Positions 13,490 to 25,383 of a DNA stretch of 64,000 nt are shown in pieces; positions within the stretch are counted from its first letter, which is position 1; the number at the start of each line of letters is the position of its first letter. The notes under the pieces are model-generated. The model saw only the letters and a program-made list of their open reading frames with translations. It did not search any database and was not told the DNA's origin. The stretch comes from Chrysemys picta bellii (Eukaryota). The stretch covers positions 74,834,001 to 74,898,000 of the forward strand of contig NC_088800.1 in assembly GCF_011386835.1 (NCBI RefSeq), written 5' to 3'. A program made the translations under genes and the position numbers.

Positions 13490-13784
13490 GAGTATGTCTA
13501 CACAGCAATAAAAGACCCGCGGCTGGCCCAGGTCAGCTGACTTGGGCTTGTGGGGCCTGGGCTGAGGGGTTATAAAATCGCAGCATAGACATTCAAGCTG
13601 GGGCTGAAGCCCAGACTCTAAGCCCCCATGGGGGGGATGAGTCTCAGAGCCTGGGCTCTGGCATGAGCACAAACATCTACATTGCTATTTTTAGCCCCAA
13701 AGCCAAGCCCTGAGAACCCAAGTCAGCTGACCTGTCCTTTGAGACTGGGTGTTGTGGGGTTTTCATTGCAATATAGACATACCC
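13490..13784. mobile_element. PIF/Harbinger-type MITE
   Basis: Inverted ends gagtatgtctacac ... atatagacataccc with internal inverted blocks (gtcagctgacttggg / cccaagtcagctgac). Confidence 0.7.
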
Positions 13785-14114
13785 CGTGTTCTCTCATACC
13801 AGCATTCCTTCCTGGGAAGACTGTCCGTGGGACAGACTCATTCTGCGGGACAGATCAACTGGTACAAACTGGCACTGACTACAATGAAGCTATTCCAGTT
13901 TACACCAGGATCTGGCCCCGGGCTTCAGCAGAGAGCTAGACCACCATTATTAAGTTTATAGTATCCAATGTAAAGCAGTGAGGCCTACGAAAACAAACTA
14001 TTGACTCACCACCATACATAGGAGGGGAGCACACTTTTCCTTTGACTGGTCAATCTGACATTGTCTGGGTCCTGGCTACCTTATAAACCACTTTTCTTCC
14101 TATTCTTCATCCAG

Positions 14115-14128
14115 ACAACTGACAGAAG
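14115..14128 (+). other. Candidate 14-nt microexon (unverified)
   Basis: cacttttcttcctattcttcatccag|ACAACTGACAGAAG|gtgaga; strong splice signals, but length is not a multiple of 3. Confidence 0.2.
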
Positions 14129-15432
14129 GTGAGACACTTGTACTGAGAGGGCCCAGATACACTCAGTCTGACTCAATCAGGGAATTAGGGAATCAGGCCT
14201 CTAATTCCCATTCATGCCTCTGGAAATGCTCCCCCTATATATGTTACATTGACAAGCTGGGGCAGGAGAGCTATAATGCTGCTAGAGACAGCTGCACGAA
14301 CGATTGTTACACAGTTCAGGTTGCATTGTGCTGACTTTATGTCGTCATCCTCGTTCAAAATCTTGAATGTAGCGTAAAATGGTGTTGGAGCACATGGTTG
14401 CACCACCTTAGAGTCCATATCCTGCTGAAAACAAATGTCCTGGAATTATGCAGGGGGAATTAGAAGAGTAACATTGACTAGCTGTGTTCTTCTGTGTCTT
14501 TTGGGAAAATAGTTGAGGGGTGTTCCCCCGGTCGGAAACACATTGTGTTGGCACGCTACCCATGACATCTCTAGCTAAAGTGGGATTACCGACAGCTTGA
14601 GCTATTTACCAAGAGGCTGGGAAAGTCTCAGGAATGTTGGAGGTTCCCCCTTCCCAGACAGCAGCACGCACATATGCTGCTGAAAATACATACTTGTTTG
14701 TATAACCTTACCATAGATGCGCTGCCTAAAAACATTGTGTAGCTACTGGACGGAGCTATCCATCACAGGCCTGGCCTGCTTTGGAAAGCCAAAATAAACT
14801 GCAGAAGTGATGTTATTATTTTTAAAAAATGTAATGGCCTTTAAATCTGTCCAAATAAATTTGATGTGAGCCAATCCATAACAAGCGGATACATTTTGTC
14901 AATGGCAGGAACCCTTTCTCTATTTCCCCATGAGGTGGCAGTAGTAGTATAGGTTTAAAACAAAAGATTTTTCTGGAAGCTCACAAGCTTTCAGCAGTGT
15001 TACTGTTCAAGCTGCTATGTGGCATGATATAGCTGTTTTCCCTGCATGTAGACCTCAGGTGCCCTAGCTTCTATATTAGAAACTGAATCCATCTTTCATT
15101 CTCACATATCTGGACAGGACTACTAATGATTCAGAGAACTTTTTGAATATCTTTTCTGCCAATATAATTACAGAAGGAACATGTGAAATGTGAATTCACT
15201 GATGGTTGCTGTACCCCCTCAGAGAATGCAACATTTGAGTTCTCTTAAACGAATGCATAAGGCTTTAAAACACAGGGGTGGTCTAACACTTCTAGTAAGG
15301 TCAGCTATTCTGCCTACCAGCTTATTTGCAACCTGATAAGCAGCACTGTTTTCATGACTTCATCCCAGCAGTGCTGTCCTGCCATCTCTTCCATTCAAGG
15401 CATGAAAGAATAGAGGCAAAGCTATTGGTCAC

Positions 15433-15812
15433 TAGAGCTGGGTGAAAGTTTTAGGACAAATAGTTCAAATTGACTAAAATTATTTATGAATTCAGGTTAA
15501 ATTCAGCAAATAGTTTCAGACAAAAAGAATTAAAAGTTTTTTTTTTAATTCAAGACATTTTGTTTCAACATTTTCAAAATGAAACATTTCAACTGTTTGT
15601 TTTGAAATTGTTTCATTGTGAAATGTAGCTTTAAAAATACTGTGAAATGAAACAAACAAAACAAAAAATTGTTTGGGGTTGAGCAAAATGTTTAATTCAA
15701 CCCAAAATGAATTGTTTTTTATTTTTCTGTTTTGACGAGAAAAAACAAAACATTGAAAATTTGAATAGAATTTTCAGTTTGGACTCTGAACTGAAAAATC
15801 AGTCATTCTCTC
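15433..15812. mobile_element. AT-rich non-autonomous DNA transposon remnant
   Basis: Starts tagagctggg and ends ...tctcta; interior is reiterated aaatgaaaca/tgtttca motifs; no clear TSD. Confidence 0.4.
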
Positions 15813-15874
15813 TAGAGATACTGACCAGCACTGTGACATCATTCTTACAAGTAATAATACCTTATTATTAATTA

Positions 15875-16560
15875 TCATTATTATTATTATTAATAAATGT
15901 ATATAGAATCTTTCATGCTGAAGGAACATTACCCAGTGTTGAAATGCAGCCATCTCTAGAATGGAAATCAATAGCCATTCTGTATCACCTGCAATGCACA
16001 TCAATTGCAGGGGGAAAGGAAGCAGTTAGGAATAGCTTCTCCAACTGGCTGCAGAAGAAATTTTGGGTTAACAGAATATAATTATCCATGTTAAGATTTG
16101 TCCAGGACACTATCATGTCTCCTAAGGCCACCATAAAGCAGTAAGCTATGAACTCCAGTAGGGTTTATTGGGTCAGTTCACTCATCATAGTAAGTACATC
16201 AGTTATTACATAGTATGAAACACAGTGCGGAAGCGCTGCTAAAATAGTATTAGACCTGTTTTCATGTTGTATTTGCCAGGATTTAATTCCCACAGGACAG
16301 TTAATGCCCCACTTTTGTGAAAAGTGCCCTGGGATCTTTTAGCATCACATAGAGTCACAGTCTTGGATTTAAATCGCATACAACGGAGTACACTTCCAGT
16401 ATAACAGTGCCTCCTAGCACCATGGAAGGGGGCATCTACACTACAGTATGGAATCAGCAACACCATTTCCTGCAGCACCTGTGTTTTTCTTGGAGGTTTC
16501 TCATCTTGGAGGCCTGGCCAGGCCTGATCCTGCTTAGCTCACGTCATTAGCTCAAATCAC
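15875..16560 (-). mobile_element. Second AmnSINE1-like SINE (5' part about 16262-16560, 3' part about 15875-16115)
   Basis: Minus strand gagctaagcaggatcaggcctggcc ... acctccaagaaaaacacaggtgctgcaggaaatggtgttgctgattc ... aaagatcccagggcacttttc; 3' part gtcctggacaaatc ... agagatggctgcatttca ... (TAA)n tail; about 150 bp unrelated sequence between the parts. Confidence 0.7.
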
Positions 16561-18767
16561 ATCTAAAAGTCTGGAGGGAGGGATATAAAAACATAATTCT
16601 ACATCATCTCATTTGTAATGAATTACCTGTCAGTAAGCAGTTTATTTATATGGCACTCTGTCCAGTACCCTGATATTTACAAGTAAAGTATGGCTATTTT
16701 GATTTTCATACAACCTCAGCCATATGACAGCAATTCATTGGTCTATGTGAAATGAGAAATGAGCTGTCACTTGAAACAAATTCTTAGTGGTACAAATATG
16801 ACCAACCAAGAAACTTTACATAAACCACGGAGCATCTGTCTGACAGTAAGCAAATTTCACCCCCTAATGCAGGCTTGAATCGATGACCTCGAGCTGAAAG
16901 TCTCCACATCTCATTATAACATTCCAGCATATCATCCATGTTTCTTTGATGAAGGGTCTAATACTGAAGGAACTCAGCACTGCTAAGGACCAATCCCTGT
17001 AGGCCAGGTCCTCAGCGGGTGGAAATTGACCTGGCACCATTGAAGCTGATAGAGCTATGCCAGTTTACCCCAGTTGAGGATCTGGCCCAAATGTCAACAG
17101 TTACATCTTGTAAGATGAATGTCTTACTCGCCGTAGTAATTATTGTGTAAGCTACACCCTGATGTTATATTTCAGAGATAAGGCGGTGTGCAGTTCAAGT
17201 GTTCAGTGCAATGTGAGTCTAAGAAGGCAGCCATCAATTAAATTGATCTCTATGTCTGAAGAGGAATCTTGGCTTAAATCTTTCTCTGCAATTCCCGCAA
17301 CAACAGCACATCATTCACGCCAATGGTTTTCATTTCTCAACCCTTTAACATGCAATTCCTGGACAGATGCCCTAAATAAAAAGAATACAATGCTCGGAAT
17401 ATTAGCCACATGAGTTGCATCTGAGTACATGTACATGTGTGACTAGTTCTTACTTCTACTGTGCTCGCCAGTGCAACAAAATGTGGGAAATAACCCCAAA
17501 AGGCTATCATTTTTATCTGGGGTTTCCTGGCCAATTAATATAAATCATTCAAAAAGATCCAGGGAGGAATAACCCCATTAATGTTCTAGTGAAACTTCCT
17601 AATGAACCAGGCTGACCGTTCACAAACATGAAAATAATACCTGAGAGTTGAAACTGGTGGGTGTGTCTGCTGACTTTTATGACTGCCCTTTGAACAGGTA
17701 AAAGTCCAAATTGTGCTCGCCTGGAACATCTCTCCAGTGGTCACTGGTTACTGAGCATTGGAGTGTTTTGTCCTAACTCAGCAGTGTGTAACCAAATCCC
17801 TATCTAAAGTGGAGATAACACTCCTTTAAAAAGGGAATCATTTTCTTTGTACATTTCATTGGCACAGTAGACTTCTCCCAAAGAGGACTCGATTAAGTCC
17901 ACTAAGGACTTTGTCGATTTTTACACGGAAGATGCGCAGATACTGCAGGGATGTAAAACCATTAGATAGATAAGATTGTTCAATGGCTCATCATGTATGT
18001 CATTCATTATCACATAATACATGATGTTTTTCTTATTCAACACTGCCCTAATTTAACTGCATGTCTATGCAGTTGTGAGACAAACACATAGGGTTCCACT
18101 CTGCTCCTACTCACCTGAGTGTAAATCAGAAATAATGCCATGGAAGCCAATGGAGTTGCACCAGCTTAGAACCAGTGGGCCAGATTCTGCCTCAGCCTTC
18201 GGTAAGTGTATGGTAGAAAATGGAGCAGATGCAAGGAACTTCTTGTTCGATCCATGCAAAGGCCAGGCGGAATTGCACTCTGGATGTGCATGGTGCCCCA
18301 GAAGAGAGGCTATGAGAGGAGGACAGGAGATGGCCTATGTTCCTGTTTCTTTTTTTGCACTGGCCAGTGGAGTAAGCTGTGCCTTACAATGGCATTAGTT
18401 GTAGGCATGTGGTCTCTGCATGCCTGGGAACTTGGGTAGGAGGTGGGGCTTGGCTGCAGCCCCCATGCACCAGCCAGAGGTGTCAGCTGTGTCTTGCTGA
18501 GGGGTTAGCAATAGGCACTCAACTTCAGCATGCCTTGCAGGCCATAAGATAATATCTCCTGATGCTCCCCTTGTGGCTGGGCAGCTCCACACTACCACTT
18601 ACTTTGCGGTGTCCCTAAATGGCATACTCTTGCCCACTGTAATTAAAATCAGGCCCACAGTGTGATTTACCGATATGTATTTCATTACTCATGATGTTGG
18701 TTCTGTGCCATGATACTAATGCTCCGGCTAATCTCTCAGGTAGATGTAAGTAGCTTTATCAGAAGTT

Positions 18768-19810
18768 TTCATTAATGACCTGGAAAAGGGAGTGAACAGT
18801 GAAATGGCAACGTTTGCAGGCGATACAAAATTATGCAAAGTCCAAAGCTGACTGCGAAGAGTTACAAAGGGATCTCACAAAATTGGCTGACTGGGCCATA
18901 AAATGGGAGATGAAATTCAACATTGATAAGTGCAAAGTAAGGCACATTTGGAAAAAATAGTCCCAACTTCACATATATAATGATGGGTTCTAATTTAGCT
19001 GTTGCCACTCAACAAAGAGATCTTGGAGTCACCATAGATAGTTCTCTGAAAACTTCAGTTCAGTGCACAGCAGTGCACAAAAAGGCCTAACATTATGTTA
19101 GGAACTATTAGGAAAGGGATAGAAAATAAGACAGAAAATATCATATTGCAATAATATAGATCCATGGTGTGCCCTGACCTTGAATACAGTTTCCAGTTCT
19201 GGGTGGCCTATCTCAAAAAGGATATTGTGGAACTGGAAAAGGTTCAGAGAAGGCCAGTGAAGATGATCAAGGCTTCTGAACATGAAGAGACTAAAAAGAT
19301 CAGAGCTGTTCATCCTAGAAAAAAACGCAGCTAAGGGGGGACATGATAAAGGTCTATAAAATCATGAATGGCATTGGAAAAAAGTGAATATTCACCCTTT
19401 CCCCAAAAACCAGGGATCACCTGAAAAAATTAATAGGCAGCAGGTTTAATACAAACAAGAGGAAGTACTTTTTCCAACAAATGTACAATTAACCTGTGGA
19501 ACTCATTGTCATGGGATGTTGTGATAGCCAAAAGTATAACTGGGTCAAAAAAAAAAAAAAAAGAAGATAAGTTCATGGAGGATGGGTCCATCAGTGGCTT
19601 TTAGCCCAGGTGGTCAGGGATGCAACCCCATGCTCAGGGCAGCCCTACACATCTGACTGCCAGAAGCCAGGAGGGGAAGGCATGTTCATTCCAGCTGCTC
19701 TGTTCTGTGTACTCCCCTTTAAGTTTTGGTACTGGCCACTGTCAGAGACAGGATACTGGGCTAGATGGACCACTGGTCTGAACCAGTATGGCAGTTCTTA
19801 TGTTCTTATG
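18768..19810 (+). mobile_element. 5'-truncated, decayed CR1 LINE (RT domain to 3' end)
   Basis: Translates FINDLEKGVNSEMATFAGDTKL (CR1 FADDTKL motif with D>G), then frameshifted ORF2; ends in a (TTCTTATG)2 tail. Confidence 0.93.
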
Positions 19811-22120
19811 TCTCATACATCAAACAGCATTAATCAGTAACAATCTGCAATGTTATTATGTCACTCCCCTACATGCAGTAACTCATTGAACACCTTATCT
19901 GATTGGCTGGTATATATAGCTTTAAGAATTCCCTCCTTTGTATCTTTCTTTTATCCTTTTGGCATATCTATTAATTTTGTTGCATTCTTGTAGTTTTTTG
20001 TCCTGGCTGTATTTTACTAGGCTAATTTCACACAGCATGAACTATATAAACCTCCTGAGATGTTTAATTTAGCATGGTGATAAAGAAAGAGACTAGGGTC
20101 AGGAATACACCAAAACACACAGTGCACTAAATATTCTTTCCATTGGAAGTAATTAGTATCTATGCTGATTTCTGCAGGGCCCATAAAGCACAGACACATA
20201 GGGACAGGATGTAAAATAAACAAAATGATTAAAATTCTGACACTAAATAAAAACCAATTGCGAATGCAGCTGAGTTCTAACTCAACACATGGCCACACAC
20301 AAGCCACGCCAGTCTCTCAGGCTCTGTGACTTCTTCCATTTCATGTCATCGTTCAATTCAGTAGCACTGGCTTCCTTGCCCATTCCCCCAAGCTTTGAAA
20401 AAAGGAGATACTAGTATCTTCACAAAGCCAAGACAGCCCATAGTTCTACTTTTCATCTTGCTTTTGAAGACTTGCTGCTTAATCTCCTTCATCTCCAAGA
20501 CAGCGAAGCCCTGAAGACAAGGTGATGGATGGAACCATGGAGCTCAGAGCACTTAGTTCAGCCACTTCAAGTTCTTTACTCTAAAGACGAGAATTAAAAT
20601 TCACTGGATCCATTTTTAGAGGAGACTGATACAAACTGCAGATTGACAAGTCCTGAAATGTCTTATACACTTGGAAATCATCAAAATGCCTGCTGGAACT
20701 CTGACTCTAGCTGTGTCCACTGCCAATATGATTTTGTTCCAGTATGGTGTTTTTTCCCCCAATAAACTGGTTATCTTGCAGAAAAAACTCATTCAAACAG
20801 TATTAAAAGCATGACTTATACAGTCAGAGTCATCATTTATGTAATCTTGATACCATCACCTGGTAGTATAGGCCGTGAAATCCTGGCTCCACTGAAGTCA
20901 ATGGCCCGCTGACTTTAATGGCCAGATTTCATCCATAGTTCTGTGAATGGGGCCAGCCCCTCCGTTGGTATGAATCAGCATAGCTCCATTAACTTCCGTA
21001 GAGCTACGTCTATTAGTCCCAGCTGAGGATCTTGCCCTCAATTCCTGAGTCAGATCCTCGGGTGTAAATCAGCATCTCTCCAGCGAAATTAAATTAGTTT
21101 ATTTGGGTCTGATCTTGGGGAAATTAATGGAACTTTGCTGATTGACACCAGCTGAGGATCTGTCCCAATAACTCTCTGGACTTTATCTCTACAATCAATC
21201 TACCCCTAGTGATGCTGCATCAGAACTAAAGAAGCTGGTATGGAATGTGGATTGTGTTTGCCCCTTGGCTGATATCTCACCAGCCCAAATGGCACCCAAA
21301 AGTTTTCACTTTAAAATCAGTAAAGAAAATATACCAGAATTGCACAGGCTGACGGTTTTCTAACCACTACTAAAATATATAGGGCCTGATTTTCCTCTCC
21401 ATTATACCAGTTCAACAAAGTTCATCGTCCTGAATTGCACTAATATAAGATTAAAATCCGTCTGACATCATATATTTTGTGTGTGTTTTTGCAGTTCATG
21501 GGGAAATCGTTAGAGAATACTGACCATAAGCTGCTTTTTTTCCCCTTTGAAGACTGGCAATGCTATGAGGCGGGCACTCAGTCATAGATGTCTCCTTTGG
21601 TATTTGGCAGCTAGCCATCATTCTCCTCTCTGATCTACATGGTGGTTCTCTTCAAAGCTGTTCAGCTCTGCCCTCCCTATATACGCAGACCCCTCAATAA
21701 CATCAAATGGGAATTCTGCACGTGTATAAAGAGCAGAAGAGACATCAAGGGCTTCGCAGTGTGGATCAGAGGGAAAAACGTAGCCATTAGGTCTTGAATT
21801 GAAACATTGGTCTGGGTTTGTGTCGGATTCAGTGCCTGCCCCCACAAGTCGGTGGCAGATTGCTTGGCTAAGGATTATGTGGCCACTAGCCATACTATGT
21901 GCTGCTGCAGGCTATATAATTTGTGTGAGCAGCACATTAGCTCTTAGTCTATTAACAGCTTGTTTAGGGGAGTGGGTGGGAGAGGCAGTGGAGTGGAGCC
22001 TGGGCTTTTGATGTTGTTCAACAAATCGCTGGTGCTCCTGGACTGAACTGTATTCACAGGAGCCGGGGCCCTGTTTTTGAAGTTGGATCTTGGCAGCCAA
22101 GGGGGCCAGAAATCCCTCAG

Positions 22121-22312
22121 GGGAGGGATAGCTCAGTGGTTTGAGCATTGGCCTGCTAAACTCAGGGTTGTGAGTTCAATCCTTGAGGGGGCCACTTAGG
22201 GATCTGGGGCAAAATCAACACTTGGTCCTGCTAGTGAAAGCAGAGGGCTGGACTCAATGACCTTTTGGGGTCCCTTCCCGTTCTAGGAGATAGGATATCT
22301 CCATAAGATTAT
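22121..22312 (+). mobile_element. Tortoise PolIII/SINE (tRNA-Lys-derived head, CR1-derived tail)
   Basis: gggagggatagctcagtggtttgagcattgg (A box) ... gtgagttcaatcc (B box), followed by CR1-like ggactcaatgacc...ggtcccttcc. Confidence 0.9.
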
Positions 22313-22475
22313 AAATCTAGAATAAAGTGATTGTGTCCGAAACAGGGACTTCCTGCTGAATCTCTGTCTCAGATTCTGGAGGAAATGGCCCTGAGTCTGA
22401 TCACACACAGATTGTACATTGGTGTACCTACCTTGATTGATTCAGACTCATGTAAATGAGATCAGAACCAGGCTG

Positions 22476-22503
22476 ATGTCTGTAACCACATGTCTGTAAC
22501 CAC
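22476..22503. repeat. Perfect 14-bp tandem duplication (atgtctgtaaccac)x2
   Basis: Seen directly. Confidence 0.9.
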
Positions 22504-22685
22504 ACAGGGCCTGATCCTGCCTCTTTCGTTCATGTTGAGTAGACTCACCCGAGTCGTTCCAATGACATCAGTGGGGGCTTTAAGGTATTGCTCACCACAA
22601 CTAAAACTGGCAGAGTCAGGTCTCAGGATTCATTTTGTCACTCTGGATTGTATCTGAATGTCAGTCTACAGACAGGTATCCCATC

Positions 22686-22868
22686 TAGAATCATAGACTA
22701 TCAGGGATGGAAGGGACCTCAGGTGGTCATCTAGTCCAACCCCCTGCTTAAAGGGGGACCAATCCACAGACAGATTTTTACCCCAGTTCCCTAAGTGGCC
22801 CCCTCAAGGATTGAACTCACAACTCTGGGTTTAGTAGGCCAATGCTCAAACCGCTGAGCTATCCCTCC
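22686..22868 (-). mobile_element. Tortoise PolIII/SINE, inverted relative to the copy at 22121
   Basis: Minus strand ggagggatagctcagcggtttgagcattgg...gtgagttcaatcc...ggactagatgacc...tctatgattcta. Confidence 0.9.
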
Positions 22869-23027
22869 TTCCCCCTCTCCCTCCTGTAGTTGTTCACCTG
22901 TCTCTGCCTATGAAACAGAGCGTGGCTCAGTGTGGTAAGTCAGCACTGCCTTCACAAAGGGACAGCAGTGACAAAATAAATAGTTGGTTTATTCTGAAAT
23001 AACAAGGGCCAAAATCTGCCCTCACAG

Positions 23028-23247
23028 CAGGGCCGGCTCCAGGGTTTTGGCTGCCCCAAGCGGCGCAAAAAAAAAAAAAAAGTCGCGATCGCGATCTGCG
23101 GCGGCAATTCTGCGGGAGGTCCTTCCCTCCGAGCGGGAGTGAGGGACCGTCCGCCGAATTGCCACCGAATAGCCTGACGTGCCGCCCCTCTCTGGATTGG
23201 CCGCCTCAAGCACCTGCTTGGCAAGCTGGTGCCTGGAGCCGGCCCTG
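23028..23247. mobile_element. hAT MITE (CAGGGCCGGCTCCAG family), CpG-rich
   Basis: TIRs cagggccggctccag / ctggagccggccctg; flanks cctcacag vs ctacatag match only 5/8; same family as 41849-42158 in opposite orientation. Confidence 0.85.
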
Positions 23248-24784
23248 CTACATAGTTAGGGTAGGGAGGGTTAGAAAGGTGCAACTTCAGGGCAGGGTAT
23301 GGCTCAATGTACTTTTTAAAGTAAATGTCCTCAACTGTTCTCCAGCTAACGTGATAGGGCCTAGTCCGCCTCCCACCTGTATAGCACCACAGACTTGGAC
23401 ACAGTAACTCCTGATTTGCACCAGTGTAAATGAAATCAGAACTAAGCTCACTCACCCTTCCTCTTCCTCAGCCTTCTAAACTCTTACAAAACGAGGTAGA
23501 GCAAAAATGGTACCGATAAGCTGGGGCCAAAGACATGCTTGCGGAAGAAACTCCATTCAAGTCAATGGAATTACACTATGAATGGAGTTGTCTCATGGTG
23601 TGTACAAAGCCTATAGCCTTTAGCAGTTCTTTTAGAGGACATTCTTCTTCAATGACATGAGTGTGGAAGATAATGGCCCCAGTGTTTATAAAAGATTAAA
23701 AAAGAAGCCGGATTTACTCAGGCAACAAAGTATAGGATGTAAGATGCTAAATGAGAGAAATAGAAATCCTGGTGCAGACGCGGGAGTATCACTCCACCGA
23801 TGTCCATTGCCGGTTGAAGTCAATGGAGTTACCTCGGCATATGCCAGCTAGGGATGTGTCCTCTCCCCTTTTTTCGTGTTTTTTTTTTGCTTTAGGATTT
23901 AAGGCCCATGAACTATTTCTGTGAGTTTTATTTGCCTGTAATAGGGCCTTCTATTCCTTATTTACTGTTCTTCATTTCTGCCAATCAATGTCAACTCTAT
24001 TTAGTCACCTATGCAACAAAGCTAGATTTTCCAGAAACCAAAACAGGCAAGTAGGATCCTGTTGTGATTCAGTGAGAGGAGATCCTCTTGTAAGTCCCAG
24101 GAAACTTTCAGGGGGAGGGGCATATGTCTCTCTAAAAATCGTATGCTGTGCCAAATAGGATGTGGTAGAATTAGCATTAGAGTATAACGTGGTGGTGATG
24201 GGCGTTAAGAGCATGCATAGTTGGAAAACACTCTTCCCCCATAAACTGGAAAATATCAGCTATTGTGGGCTACTTGCCAGAGATTCAGATTCTCATGAAC
24301 AAGTTCCTCTGAGCTCATTTGAAAAACCTCATGAACTCTGCTGCCATTCATCCATTAGGTTCAGGATGAAAAGAGAGCCTGGAAGCGGCTGAGACTCCAT
24401 GTAGCTGCCAACCCTCCAAAAGCCAAGTGTGGAATCCAGCCGAGCTCTTCCTGCACCACCGAAACCAGATAACATAACATTCAGACCCGATCTACCTCTG
24501 GGCCTCTCTTCTTCTCTTTTCTTGCTGGGGAAGAAGAGAGGCAGGAATATGATTGATTGCATTAACGATAAAAAAGGGGTGGGAGAAATACAAGGGACAG
24601 GCCTACAAAGCCTTGTTCATTGCCTGCTTTCCTGAGTAAGAATCAGCAGGATTGGGTCCTCTGTTTGTCCTGCCACACAGCGTATTGTTTTCCTGCAAGT
24701 GTTCTTAATATTTTACATGTGGCTATGAATTCCACCTTGGTGAGGTCCCATCAGAAAAAGTGCATTTTGTGAGAGCAGCCCAGA

Positions 24785-25050
24785 ATGGGCAAGCGAGCAT
24801 GTGCATGTAGATCTGCCCTTGAGTGTGAGCATGTCTGGGCGAGTTTGTTTGTGTGAGCATGTGTTTACATATGCGCTAACATGTCACGGTATGCATGTGC
24901 ATATACAGGTGAAACTTTGCACACGTGTGGATGTGTCAACCTCTACCTAGATGAAGTGATGTGAGCATTTCTGAGCTTGCCTTTGTGTCACATGTGTTTG
25001 CACAAGCACACACGGTTGAGGTGTGAGGGCATGTGTGAGTGAGTGTGGGA
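24785..25050. repeat. Degenerate TG/GCAT alternating purine-pyrimidine low-complexity tract
   Basis: Repeated gtgtgagcatgt / gcatgtgcat motifs. Confidence 0.6.
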
Positions 25051-25091
25051 CCTCCTGTCACTGAGCAATTATTCAGCTTATTCTAAACTAA

Positions 25092-25383
25092 AGGCAGGTC
25101 TACACTACAAACACTGCATTGGCACAGCTGTGCGGTGCAGTAGTGCTTTGATGAAGGTGCTCTAAGCTGATGGGAGAGAGCTCTCCTGTCCCCTTAGTTA
25201 ATCCATCTCCCCACGAGGCAGTAGCTATGTCGGCAGGAGAAGCTCCCCCACAGGCATAGCACTGTCTACACGGGGGGGGGGTTAAGGTTGTTATAACTAC
25301 GTTGCTTAGGGGGGTGGATTTTTCATACCCCTGAGCGATGTTGTTATACTGAAGTAAGTGTGCAATGCAATTCCAGCCTGGCC
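25092..25383. mobile_element. PIF/Harbinger-type MITE
   Basis: Starts aggcaggtctacactac after taa, ends ...ctggcc before taa; shares internal blocks (ttaatccatc) with 48125-48358. Confidence 0.6.

Noticed and set aside
18768-19340. Active reverse transcriptase
   Set aside because: 5'-truncated and frameshifted, with the catalytic FADD changed to FAGD.
21618-21893. 91-aa ORF with a protein-like look (RAEFPFDVIEGSAYIG)
   Set aside because: No recognisable family, no splice support; cannot be distinguished from chance.
22121-22200. tRNA gene (A/B boxes, tRNA-Lys-like)
   Set aside because: It runs directly into a CR1-derived tail and has a sibling at 22686-22868; this is a SINE head, not a tRNA.
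22952-23455. 167-aa ORF
   Set aside because: Spans the GC-rich, stop-poor hAT MITE at 23028-23247; not a transposase.
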